From Lama glama (taxonomy: Eukaryota): DNA of 64,000 bases. Numbering within the stretch: the stretch's first letter is position 1; every line of letters begins with the position of its first letter. A model generated the notes under the pieces. It did no database searches and was not told where the DNA came from. It saw only the letters and a program-made list of their open reading frames with translations. Positions 27,061-38,950 of this stretch are shown here, one piece after another. The stretch is taken from positions 85,748,001 through 85,812,000 of the forward strand of contig CM052817.1 in NCBI GenBank assembly GCA_028534125.1. Direction: 5' to 3'. The position numbers and the translations under genes were made by a program.

Positions 27061-28074
27061 ATATTAAAAATACAGTTCATTGCCATTAGCTGTTTTAGCT
27101 CCTTGCTTTCAGAAACAAAGCTAATTAGCTTAGAAAAATTACAACAAAGTTCACATTTCATTCCACTTTGAAAAATGATATAAGATGAATGATTTCTTTT
27201 TGATTTTTTCTCTACAGAAACTAAATCTTTGTAAACAATTTTATATATGGATTTTAATTCTGATGCTTAATATATTTATACACATGTTGCAATATTTCTA
27301 TGTTAGAAATATAGAAACCCTGGGGACAGAAGGAAGGCAAGTTAAGAATAGTCAATTTTAATTTCCCTGTGTAGCCTTCTCCCATGCCTTCAGCCCTCCC
27401 TTAGTGCCTGGATAACACTCCAACATAGCAGTTTTGACAGCAAAAATAAATACTACTATTTTTATTTCCTTACTGGCACATTGGTCTTTTTATGCTTGGA
27501 GAGGTAGATGTCTCTGTGGATATTTAGGAAAACAGAAAAGAAACAAATTCATATGTCTACAAGAGAGAAGATGACACAGAGGTTAAGAAAAAAATTAGTG
27601 ATGAACTTAGAACAAAGAGAAGGTTTAGATTCCTTAGGGAATCTAAGGGGGATACTTAAGTAAATATAGCCAGTAGAGGTTTTTGTATTGAAATGATGAC
27701 TACTGTGCAATTTAAATACTCTTCTCACTCTCCTCCACTAAAGATTCAGGAAACATCTATGTTATTGACAAATTCTTTTTCGGAAAATGTAAAATATCCT
27801 TTTGTGTGTGCTTGAATTTTAGCATGGGTTGAAATCATAGGTTGCCGAACAAAACTTCCAACATCCGGCTTGTGTGTCTACACTATAGTTTGAGGTCACA
27901 GATTGTATTTATTAACTTTTGAATCCCTAGTAAAATTAGAATGATTGAAATGCAGTAGAAGATAATAAATGTTTGATAAATGAATTAAAAAACATGACAG
28001 AGAGGCTCTAGCAGGGACAGAGAGAGATAAGAAGGGTGGATAGATTACAGGAGGGGAGGAGTAAGGAGGGGAAA

Positions 28075-28260
28075 TGGATTCTGAAATGGAACACTTTTAT
28101 TTGAATCTCAGCTGGTCAGTTTTGATTATCTGTCCCTGGGCAACAGTAGCTTTTGTAGGCCTCAGTTTCTTGCAAAATAGGAGCAATTATATCTACAATT
28201 GCCATTTTGAAATATTGGGAGATTCTGACGACAACGTAATTAAAAAGTATTCAGAAAATT
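28075..28260 (+). mobile_element. MIR SINE
   Basis: ttgaatctcagct...ccctgggcaa...ggcctcagtttcttgcaaaatagg. Confidence 0.6.
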
Positions 28261-29782
28261 GATGCTTATCTCAGAATTACTCCAAGCAGAACTAGTCAGC
28301 AGATTTCAAACCCTCTCCATTAGCTAACTTTTCTCCTGCTCCTTTGTTTTGTAAAAATAGCAGCTTCCTCTAAGAGTGTGCTTTTTCTCACTGACTATCT
28401 CCAGATACCTCTCTTCCTTCTCTCTATCCCATTCCCGCCTACCACCCTGATCTTTTCTTCACCTGTTTACTAATGAGGAATGCTGCTACTGTCATAAATT
28501 GTATTGTAAGGCATGAAAATCTGTGACAGGAGAACAGAATTAGGACCCAGCACAGTAACTGAAAAGAAAAAAGTTCTGCTCTGACCAAAGGAAGAAATGA
28601 AGTTTGTAAGGATTTGGGAGTCTTTTATGGAGAATGTGTTGTCTACGTTTGCTTAAATGAATCTGTAATACTGTATTACGATATAAAATAAAAGCCAAAT
28701 AGTCATACACAATTGCAGTTGAAAACATGACTTTAGCTTTCTTGTGAAAAAGTTATGCTTTTTCTGGTTTTTTCAGTTGAAGCTTAGCATTATATACAAG
28801 AGTTGAAATGATAGTGATTGAAATAAATCTGAACTGTTCAAAGTCATGGAGCTCTTAAATAAGCAAACCTCATTTTCCAGTGTTCAGTAGGCATTCAATT
28901 CCATTCTGAATCTTGAAATAAATAATGTAGAAATCGATGTGGAATTTAAAAGAAGGGAGAAAATAATGTGCAATAATTGTTTTATTTCCTTGAGGAATGC
29001 TGCACTGCAAAAAAAAGCCCATAGTCTGTATTTCTTTTCCGTTAGTTGCCAATATCATAGTGAGCATTTACTTTTTTTCTGAAAGTGTAACTAGGTACCT
29101 TTTTTTTTTTTTCCTTTTTCTGCTTTGTGATGTGGAATTGGCACTTTTTGATTTCTTTTCTGGTCTCTGTGCCTTTCATTTCTCATTAAAAGTCTTAAAG
29201 CACACAGCTTCATGACTCACCCTGGCAATGGGCTGCTCACAGAAGCCTTCTGAACTCTGGAATCTCTTCCTATAATCTGCTATATTCAAAGCCAAAGATT
29301 ACATTTTTCCTTATGTAAAATTAGGAAACCATCTTGCCCTTGGTCAGAAATCACCTATGTCTACATACTTGTTGTGTATCGCAGACTCCTGACCAGCTTT
29401 CAAGACTCCCACAGTCTGGCACAAATCTGAACTTTCTGTATGATTTTTCACTATTCTGCCCTGGAACCCCGTGATCTATTCACATTGCAACACACTCTAC
29501 ACACGCTCATGCCTTTTGAATGTCACACCTGTGTTCATGATGTGTTCTGCTACTGGAGAAACCTGAATGATAGCTTTTAAAATTCTAGACATCCAGCCAA
29601 GGCTAGGCTATGAAGGCCTAAGGAAAATGGCCACGTTTTCATCCCAAATGCAAATTTCTTTCCCCTTTGGTCAGCTGTGATATTTTCTTGACCTAATTCA
29701 TACTCTTGGCTTTTATTTTTCATGGAAAAAAATCTTACTGTTGATTATAGAGAAGAGTTAATTCTAATTTATGTCTCCAGTG

Positions 29783-29945
29783 CAGTGGCTCACAAGCATA
29801 ACTCTTCACCTGGTACAAGGTTGTAGACTAAATAAAAATCAGCAGAAAAATTTGCCAAAATACAGATTCACAATCCATACCACAGAGTTTCTGACTTAAT
29901 AGGACTGAATATCCATACATGACCTTCCAGGTTTAGAAAACTATT
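29783..29945. mobile_element. MER5-like hAT-Charlie MITE
   Basis: cagtggctcacaag...aaaatacagattc...cagagtttctgacttaataggactg...tttagaaaactatt. Confidence 0.55.
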
Positions 29946-31049
29946 ACCTAATTCAATTGCACAACTCTAAGTAGTGAATAGATAATTTTTAAATGAAAGA
30001 ATAAGTGTAATACATGCATATTTATGAATAAATGAATTAAGGGAGAAATGAAATGCTTTGTTAAAGAAATGCTATATTATTGAAGAATTAACTTTAGTTC
30101 TGCTATTTAATCCTTTTGAAGTAAGAATTTAATCTTGCTAAGCCACAGTTTCTTCATGTGTAAATCTGAAGAAATACCAAATGAAATGCAATTTTTTTAA
30201 GGCTAAAATATGTCGTTGAGATATAGGCACCTATGTGTTTCTGAGACGCTGAAAAAAATAGTTTCTCCTATTTTCTGCCCAATTTTGTATTTTTAAGTTC
30301 CAATTTCCTTCTACATTTTAGAATATGTGAATTTGAACTATAACATTAAACACAATGCATATGCCTCCTACAACTGAGGCCAGATTGCCTTTTATCACAG
30401 GAGGCAAAAAACAGAGGAGCCATCCACTAAAAATTATGACCAGGAAGCAATGAATGAAATACCAGACATTGGCTCACTGCTCCCTATGAAGTATGAATTT
30501 CCACAAAAGCTTCTTCTATGGAAAACGTATTTCACTCGTCCCAGAGGAATAGAAGCATGTTGGAAATCTATAGCTTCCTTTATCTCAAGGACTTCACTTT
30601 GTCAACAATTTTTGGTTCTTTCTGTGAAGTTCTGCCATGTTTTATGCACTTATTCATTTATGTAATGTAGATCTTTTGAGAACTTAACATAATCAGGACA
30701 TTGTGCTAAGTTCTAGAGATATGATGTGAATAAATGAAACCCGGAGAGCTGAACATAAATTATCAAGATGAAAGTGTACTAGAACATACCTGGCAGGGGA
30801 AGTAAGTGTGTCCTGGTTAGAACAGTGAGTTTGGGATTTAAGCAATGATCCATGATCCTTTCTCTAACTCAGTGAGATGGGTGGAAACTCAGGGTGGGTG
30901 TGGCCAAGAACATATGTTTCCCTTTCCCCCAAGTTCCCAGTCTAGGGTTATGGTTTCTCACAGCAAGGGACAGGATACCAGAATTTCTCATTTTTCCAAT
31001 CATTTCTGTGTTGCAGGAGCTCTATTTGAGGCAAGTGTGGCTTAAGAAG

Positions 31050-33709
31050 TCTGGGACTTCTACCCAGCCCCAATTTCCATGGAGGAATTTCTACTAAAAG
31101 CATGGCATGCCAAAAATACGGGGCCTGGATCACTTACTACAGCTTGCTCATGGGATGAAGAAGCCATACCAGGTGAGGTAAACTGAGACTACCAGAACCC
31201 ACTGCGCTTGCCCAGCACCTCCTCATAGACCAAGAGTATCGCTCAGAGAGAAAGCTGGCATCTGCCTCCACCTCAGCCCTAGAGTGGCGGTGCTCTGCCC
31301 AGATTGCTCCAGCAGCTCTCCCTGAAAGGGGCTGATTTTATTTGGAACACAGTGTAGAGAAGTGCAAGCCAAAAAGTACTGTCAAAAACAATGGAGATTT
31401 GGTGGTAAGAAATTAAGAGGAGGCTGGTGGCTCTATAATAACAATAAGCAAAACAAGTAGAAGCAGTAGAAATTTAAGATGTAGAGTTGTAAAATTTTGA
31501 CAATAATAGCACAAAGGAGACAGGTAGGGAAAAAGCTATATCGGTGTAAGGAAATGGCAACAGATGATAACCGAAAAAAGCACAGGAAGCAATGAAGAGA
31601 ACCAGGGATTAAAAATAAGAAGGTTGATATAATGAACTCTAAATATGTACTTGCTCTCCTTCTCTGAGCTTCTTTAAAAGACATAAAATTACATAATGCA
31701 ATACTTACACAAACATATTATTGAATTTGTAATATCTACATATATAATATGCACAACAGTAATGGCACAGAGAAAAGGGAACGATAAACAGAGCTATACT
31801 GAAAAGAACATCTCTGTATCTCATTGGAATTAAGTTAGTATAATTCTGAAGTAGATTCTATTAGGTTCAGATATATATTGTAAGCCCTGGAGCAACCTCT
31901 AAAAAGTCTAGATTGGAAAGGAATAAATAAAACTACGTCTACCTGCAGATCTTGTATGTACATGATCTTGTATTTTAAAAAAAATCTAAGGAGTTTACTT
32001 TAAAATCTGTAACAACTAACCAATGAGTTCAGCAAGATTTCAGGCTAGATGATAAATATAAAAACAACTACATTTTTTTACAGTAGCAGTGAAAAATCTG
32101 AAAATTGAATTAATTCTTTTTATATTAGCATCAAAAATAATAAAATAAAAATGAACTTAACCAAAGAAGTACAAGACTTGTACACTGAAAACCAAAAAAT
32201 ATTGTTGAAAGAAATGAAGGAAGACCTAAATATATGGAAAGATATTTTGTGTTCATGTGACAGAGAGCTTAATATTAGTCAGGTGGCAGTACTGCCCAAA
32301 TTTGTATAGAGATTCAGGCTATATCATAAATCCCAGGTAGCTTTTTAAAAAATAATCTGACAAATTGATTAAAGAATATAATATGGAACTGATAGGAACT
32401 CATATCAGCCAAACCAGATTTGAAAGAAAAAGTTGGAGCCCTCACATTTCCTGATTTCAAAACTTAGTAAAAAGCTACAATAATGAAGATAGTGTGGTAG
32501 TGGTGTAAGAATAAAACATATAGATTAAAGGCAAATAATTTGGAGATCAGAAATAAAACCCTTATAGTTATCATTGATTAATTCTTTAAAAGGATGTCAA
32601 GATAATCCAATGGGGGAAATAGTAGTCTTTTCAACAAACGGTTTTGAGACAAATGGATACGCACATCCAAAACCATATATAAAAAAATTAACTCACCATG
32701 AATCATAGATCTAAATTAAGAAGAAAAAAACTAAAATTCTTACAAGTAAATATAGGAGTAAATTTGTGTGACCTGGGATTAGGTAAAACTTTTATAGATA
32801 GTGCATCAAAAGCACAGGTCACAACAAATTGGTAAATTGTAATTCATTAAAATTAAAATCTTTTGAACTGCAAACAATACCATAAAAATAAATACTTAGA
32901 ATGGGAATTAATATTTACAAATTATTTATCTGATAAAGGACCCCTACCTAGAATATATAAAGAGCTCTTACAACTCAATAATAAAGGCAAAAAACTTTTT
33001 TAAATGGCCATAAGATTTGAAAAGGTATTTTCCTAAAGATATATATATGGCCAGTAAGCACATAATAATACACTCAATATCACTGTTTGCTAGTAAGATA
33101 TACATCAAATTCACAGTAAAATTCCTTTCACATCCACTAATATACCTATAATCAAAAAGACAAATGATAACAAGTGTTGGCAAGAATATGGAAAAATTGA
33201 AAGTCTTATAAATTGCTGATAGGAATGTAAAATGTGGCAGCACCTTTGAAAAGTAGTTTGACAGTGTTTCATAAAGTTAAACAGAGAATTCTTGTGTAAC
33301 TCAGTAATTCTTCTATGAAGTATATATTCATGAGAAATTAAAACATATATTCACACAGAAACACATAAACTAGTTTTCATTGCAGCATTATTCATAATAC
33401 CTAGAAAGTAGAAATTACTCTGATTTCCACCAACCAACAGCATATAAGAGTACATGCATAAAATAGAACATTATTCTGTGTTCACAAGGAAAGCAGTGCA
33501 GATACATGCTACAACATACATGAAACTTAAAAATTTATGGCCAGTGAAAGACACCACGAAAGTCCACATGTTGTACGATTCAGTTTATAGAAACAGAAAG
33601 TAGATTAGTGGTCGCCCATGGCTGGGCTATTCTGAAGGAATGGGGAGTGACTGCTGATTGGTATGTAGTTTCTTTTTGAGGTAATAAAAATGTTCTAAAG
33701 TTAACTGTG
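31050..33709 (+). mobile_element. Old LINE-1 (L1M/L1MB-like): 5'-UTR piece, inter-ORF pieces, decayed ORF2 and 3'-UTR running into the gap
   Basis: 5'-UTR-like gctccagcagctctccctgaaaggggctgattttatttgga. ORF2-like aaagaagtacaagacttgtacactgaaaac...gaagacctaaatatatggaaagatatt. 3'-UTR tagattagtggtcgcccatggctggg. Confidence 0.85.
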
Positions 33710-34209
33710 NNNNNNNNNNNNNNNNNNNNNNNNNNNNNNNNNNNNNNNNNNNNNNNNNNNNNNNNNNNNNNNNNNNNNNNNNNNNNNNNNNNNNNNNNNN
33801 NNNNNNNNNNNNNNNNNNNNNNNNNNNNNNNNNNNNNNNNNNNNNNNNNNNNNNNNNNNNNNNNNNNNNNNNNNNNNNNNNNNNNNNNNNNNNNNNNNNN
33901 NNNNNNNNNNNNNNNNNNNNNNNNNNNNNNNNNNNNNNNNNNNNNNNNNNNNNNNNNNNNNNNNNNNNNNNNNNNNNNNNNNNNNNNNNNNNNNNNNNNN
34001 NNNNNNNNNNNNNNNNNNNNNNNNNNNNNNNNNNNNNNNNNNNNNNNNNNNNNNNNNNNNNNNNNNNNNNNNNNNNNNNNNNNNNNNNNNNNNNNNNNNN
34101 NNNNNNNNNNNNNNNNNNNNNNNNNNNNNNNNNNNNNNNNNNNNNNNNNNNNNNNNNNNNNNNNNNNNNNNNNNNNNNNNNNNNNNNNNNNNNNNNNNNN
34201 NNNNNNNNN
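33710..34209. other. Assembly gap (500 N)
   Basis: Run of exactly 500 N. The 177-aa X ORF is an artefact. Confidence 1.
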
Positions 34210-34500
34210 TTGTGGATGTATGTTGGGGTCAGGTAACTAAAATCTCTTTTGTACTCTTTTTGAGAGGTTATATTCTGGCCATATCACCGGATGTAGTGAC
34301 TGGACAGAACAGTGACTATGTTCTGACCCAAACAATTTCTACATGCAGGTAATGAGCTGAGAAAAATGCACAGCCTCCAAGAAGAACATTTTATCCTACG
34401 CCTATTTCATATGTGGCCAAGTAGGATAAGGGAAACGGAAGAATCTCTCGGAGAGTTAAATAGCCTGTGAAATTCTCAAACTTTTTTTTTAAAGAGTAAG

Positions 34501-35265
34501 TGTTCTGCACCTAATTCCAATGTGTGCAAACAATTCTCAGACACCAGCTGGATGTGCTACAATTCAACTCAATTCTGACACTTTCTACCTGGAGATAGCA
34601 TCAGATTCCATAGGTTAAGTGCTTCGTCCCACAAGACTGCTGTCCACTTGAGATCCCAATTACAAGCAAGTCCAGATTGTTACCTATACTTCTGACCAAC
34701 TGGCCATTAATCAGAAGTTCCCACGACCCCCTCCTGGGGCTCAATTCATTTGCTAGAGCAGCTCACAGGACTCAGGAAACCAGCTTACTCACTAGATAGC
34801 TGATTTATTATAAGGATATTAAAGGTTAGGAATAAATAGCTAGATGAAGAGATGCATAGAGTGAGGTCTCAAAGGAACTTCTGTCCTTGTGAAGTTTAGG
34901 TCTGGCATGGCGGCACATGGAAGAGTTCTGGTTCACCAACCTGGAAGCTCTCTGAACCCCTCCTTTTGGGTTTTTATGGAAGCTTCATTACATAGGCATG
35001 ATTGATTAAATACTTGACCATTGGTGATTAATTCAATCTCTAGCTCCTCTCCCCTCCCTGGAGGTCGGAGGGGTGGGATTAAATTTCAACCTCTAAATCA
35101 CATGGTTGGTTCCCCTGGCAACCAGCCCCGTCCTTAGGTGGGGTCCCAACATCACCTCATTGACAAGAGACACCATTACGGAAATTCCAGGGGTTTTAGG
35201 AGCCCTCTGACAGAAATGTGTGGAAGACCAAATACATATTTCTTATTACAAATCACAATATCACT
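34501..35265 (-). mobile_element. MER21-like solo LTR (ERVL class)
   Basis: gacaccagctggatgtgctacaattcaactcaattctgacact and the terminus catatttcttattacaaatcacaatatcac. 5-bp near-TSD gtaag (34496-34500) / gtgag (35266-35270). Confidence 0.9.
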
Positions 35266-35379
35266 GTGAGTTGGGTGGAAAAAAAAGAGTGAATTTGATA
35301 ATCAAAAGAATGGGTTGAGGCAGATATTAATACTTCCTAAATGCTCCATTTGCCATTGCTTTTCTGTATTATCCAGATA

Positions 35380-35730
35380 CCTTCCATTTATGTGTGGCTG
35401 TGTGTGGCTCCAGCCAAAGGGCCATGAAGAAAGACATGTTGCTCAGGGCCTTGGTAATGAAAAGCCCATCATGACTTCCTAATATTTTTTTTCTAATTCA
35501 TAGACCAGCTGAAAAAGCCACGTATTTCAGTTGGTGCAGCAAGAAAATAGAATTTTTGTTAGCTTGGGTTTTTGAAAGCCTGTGTGAAGCAAAGCTCTTT
35601 AATGACCCATGTTAACTGATCATGCAGCATGAACAGGAAGTAAACATAAGTTTTTTGCTGTTTTGTTTTGTTTTGTTTTTATGCCACAGAAAAAATAGGG
35701 GTTTTTTTTGCTACTCTAGCCTTTTCTTAC
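35380..35730 (+). mobile_element. Old MaLR LTR fragment (MLT1J/K-like)
   Basis: catgcagcatgaacaggaagtaaac...tgctgtttt...atgccacagaaaaaataggggttttttttgctact resembles an old MLT1 3' end. Confidence 0.5.
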
Positions 35731-35995
35731 CCTACAAGGGATGATTTGAATGTCGTCACCACTGCACAATGGCTTTCCTTTATTCTTTCACCAAATAAAT
35801 ACTTACATTCTTCCACCCTTCCTGAGGGGATCCCATCTGAATGATATGCAATCTAAATATCAGTCTAAATCATACCATTTATTTTTTGTACCTATCAGAC
35901 TATCAAAAATTAAAAATATTTATTAGATGAGAACTGAAGGATGAAAGAGGATTGTCATTTTCAGCTCAAAAATTGCTTCTGGGAATTTCTCCATT

Positions 35996-36426
35996 TGTCA
36001 TAGATTAAGACTTTCTCAGAGATATTTATTATAGGAATTGGCTCACACAGTTGTGGAAGCTGGGCAATCTACCCTCTAGAAGCTGGAGAACCAGGAGAAC
36101 AGTGGTCTCATTCAGTCTGAGTCCTCAGGTCCAAGAACCAGGAGCTCCAGGGAAAAAGGGCAGAAGAAGATGAACACTTCAGCCCAAAGGTGGGGAGAGA
36201 GAGAGAGAATTCAAACTTCCTCTCCCTTTTGTTCTATTCAGGATCCCCAACAGATTGGATGATACCCCCATCTCCTTGGTGAGGGCAGATCTTTGTTCAG
36301 TCTACTGAATCAAATGCTAATCTATTCTTGGAAACACCCTCACAGACACACTCAGAAATAATGTTTTTCTGGCTATCTAGGCATCACTCAGTTCAGTCAA
36401 GTTAACACATAAAACCAATGATCACA
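35996..36426 (-). mobile_element. MLT2-like solo LTR (ERVL)
   Basis: gagatatttattataggaattggctcacacagttgtggaagctg...aaacaccctcacagacacactcagaaataatg...caagttaacacataaaaccaatgatcaca. Confidence 0.9.
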
Positions 36427-36439
36427 TCACCTAACAGCT

Positions 36440-36895
36440 GTTCTCCTCTCTTCTAGAGCAGTAGATCCCAGATTATCACTGGATACTTGTCTACCTAGAA
36501 TGGATTGCATTTTGGTCTTTTTTGGCAGCTAAGCATGGCTGTGTGTCTAAATTTTAGCCAAATTGTAAAGAACATGAAACGGTGCAGAAAAGTAGCTGGA
36601 ATTATACTTGAAGGGAAGGAGTGGGCTCTTCCTTTTATCTCATTTCTACTTCCTGCTGCCTTGAAGGCACCTAAATGGTGGTATCATGGACTTAAACAGG
36701 CAACCTGCACCATGAGGAGAAAGCAGTGCTAAGGCTGGTGGAGCAAAATAGGGGAGCCTGGTTTCCTGATGATCATGAGATCCTCTCCCTAACTCTTGTC
36801 TGTCTATTCATATGTATAAAGAAATACGAAATTTAATTTTATTTAAACCACTATTACTGTTCTTTCCTATCACTTGTAGTTTAACATTCACAAAT
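36440..36895 (+). mobile_element. Old MaLR LTR (MLT1I/J-like)
   Basis: ttggcagctaagcatggctgtgtgtctaaatttt...aaggctggtggagcaaaataggggagcctggtttcctgatgatcatg...tttaaaccactatt. Confidence 0.7.
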
Positions 36896-36959
36896 ACAAT
36901 CATTCTTCAATCCTTTTTATTTATAATGGAGTTCCTTTCCCTCACTCCCTAAAATGTTT

Positions 36960-38950
36960 ACTTTGCACCCTTTAATTTCCCCTCAAATACTCCACATGTC
37001 TTCGTCTCCTCTCACTTTCAGCTGTGGTCTTGCCCATACTTCACTGAGAAAATGAATAAACAGCTACACATCTTCTCACTGTCACACTGTGAAAGCTACA
37101 CACCATTGCTTTTGCTTCAATGACTTTGTTAAAATGACTTCCTCCTATAAACGATTCTCTTTTTACCAAGAAGTAATTTCTCCACTTGTGCAGTGAACCC
37201 CTTCTACTCTAGACTTCCTAATAGCTGACCTCTACTTAACTCCTTCTCTCTTGCACCATCATTTTCTCCATTTCAACTGAATAATTTTCATCAGTGTACA
37301 GATATGCTCTAATTAATAAAACTCTTGCTCCTTAGAATAATATGGAGACCACCAGATTCACTGCTCCCTTTCACAACTGTCTTGAAGAGCCATGTGTACA
37401 CGATGTGTCTGCACCTCACCTTCTATTCACTCTTCAATTACAAAATCAGTTCCTCATCCCAGAATTATGATGGAACTACCCTCATCCTAGTCATCAGTGA
37501 CCTCAGCATTCAGGAACTCAAGGTAAACCTTTCCATCTTCACATCCTTTAATATTTAGGCATCATACAGAGAGGTTAACCTAGCATCATTCTTATGCAAA
37601 TGGTATTTTATCACCAATTATTATCTATTTTACCTCCTCTTCACTAATGTTTCCTTCTCAGCATTTTTTTGTTCACTACTCTGTCCTGTTTGGCCTCTAA
37701 AATTATGTACTTCACAAGGATAATCTTAGTCCTTTTCTGTCTTAGAATTACCCAATTAATTATATTACTAGTTTTCAAGGTTTTAAAGACCAGCTCAATA
37801 CCATGTTCCAAATGTATGTTTCTGGTCCAGATCTCTGTAATCTCCTACACGTCCTTCCAAGTATGTACTTGGTATTTCCTTTCAGGGTCTCACACCTTAA
37901 TCTCAAACTTATCATGTCCAAGATGAAATCTGAATTCCTCTCCTCCATGTGGAAAAACTTGTATTTTTAAAGAAATATATTTAGAGCCAGTTGAATTATA
38001 TACAGAACTCAAAATATGATTAACACCTGATTAGATTAAGGAATACAAATTCGCAATGATTACACCCACATTTGTTTGTCTAGCAGATCTTTTAAACCAA
38101 CTGAAAGTCAATGATACCCATCAGCAGATTCACCAGTCTCAGGAAATCACAGCCCCATGCATTCAGCTACTTAAGCCATGATCTTAATAGTCAATTTTGA
38201 TTTCTTTCTTTCCTTGACATTCCTGCAAACAGTATCTGTTTTACTAGCATGTCCTGTTCATATCACGCCCCATGTTTCTCAAATCTACCTACTCTACCAC
38301 ATTCCAGCATCAGCACCCTAACTTACCTACTGACTTCTCCCACTTGAATGATTACAATTTCTTAAGTAGTGTCTACCTTTATATGCCCACATTCTATGGA
38401 GGACATAAGGTGAGGGGGTGCATTATGTCACTTTGTTGGTTAAAATCACTTCATTGTTTTTATTATACTTGGAAAAAATCACATTCCTTAACAAATACAC
38501 ATACAAGGACATATATGATCATAATCATCCTCATACAGTGTAATCATTGGTCTTCATTCAAACTTATAGCACAAAGCCATTCTTTGTAGTCTCCCCTCAC
38601 ATTAGAAGACTTTTCCATGTCCTCTTCACGTATTTAGCTCCATTTTATCTTCCCGGTATACATGTCGCATCTGTGTGAAGTGGCAACGTCTACCTTCATT
38701 ATTATACGTAAATATCCCTTAGCAAATGCACACACTCCAGGAACCCTGATAGGCTCTATCTCAGCACTGTGTTTCCTTTAAACCATTTCTTACAATCTGT
38801 TATTTTCTCTATATATGTTATACTTGGTAATGACTATTTTCCCATTAGATTTTAAGCCTCATCTCAGTCTTTTTACTATTCTATCTTCAGCACCAAGCAA
38901 AATGTCATTGAAAGTAGATACTCAATGCATACCTGGTCATTGAATAAATG
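36960..38950 (+). mobile_element. L2 LINE fragments ending at the L2 3' terminus
   Basis: catacttcactgagaaaatgaa; atctcaaacttatcatgtccaagatgaaatc; tail cttcagcaccaagcaaaatgtc...tagatactcaatgc...tgaataaatg. Confidence 0.75.

Noticed and set aside
33707..34240. 177-aa ORF
   Set aside because: Translation of the N gap.
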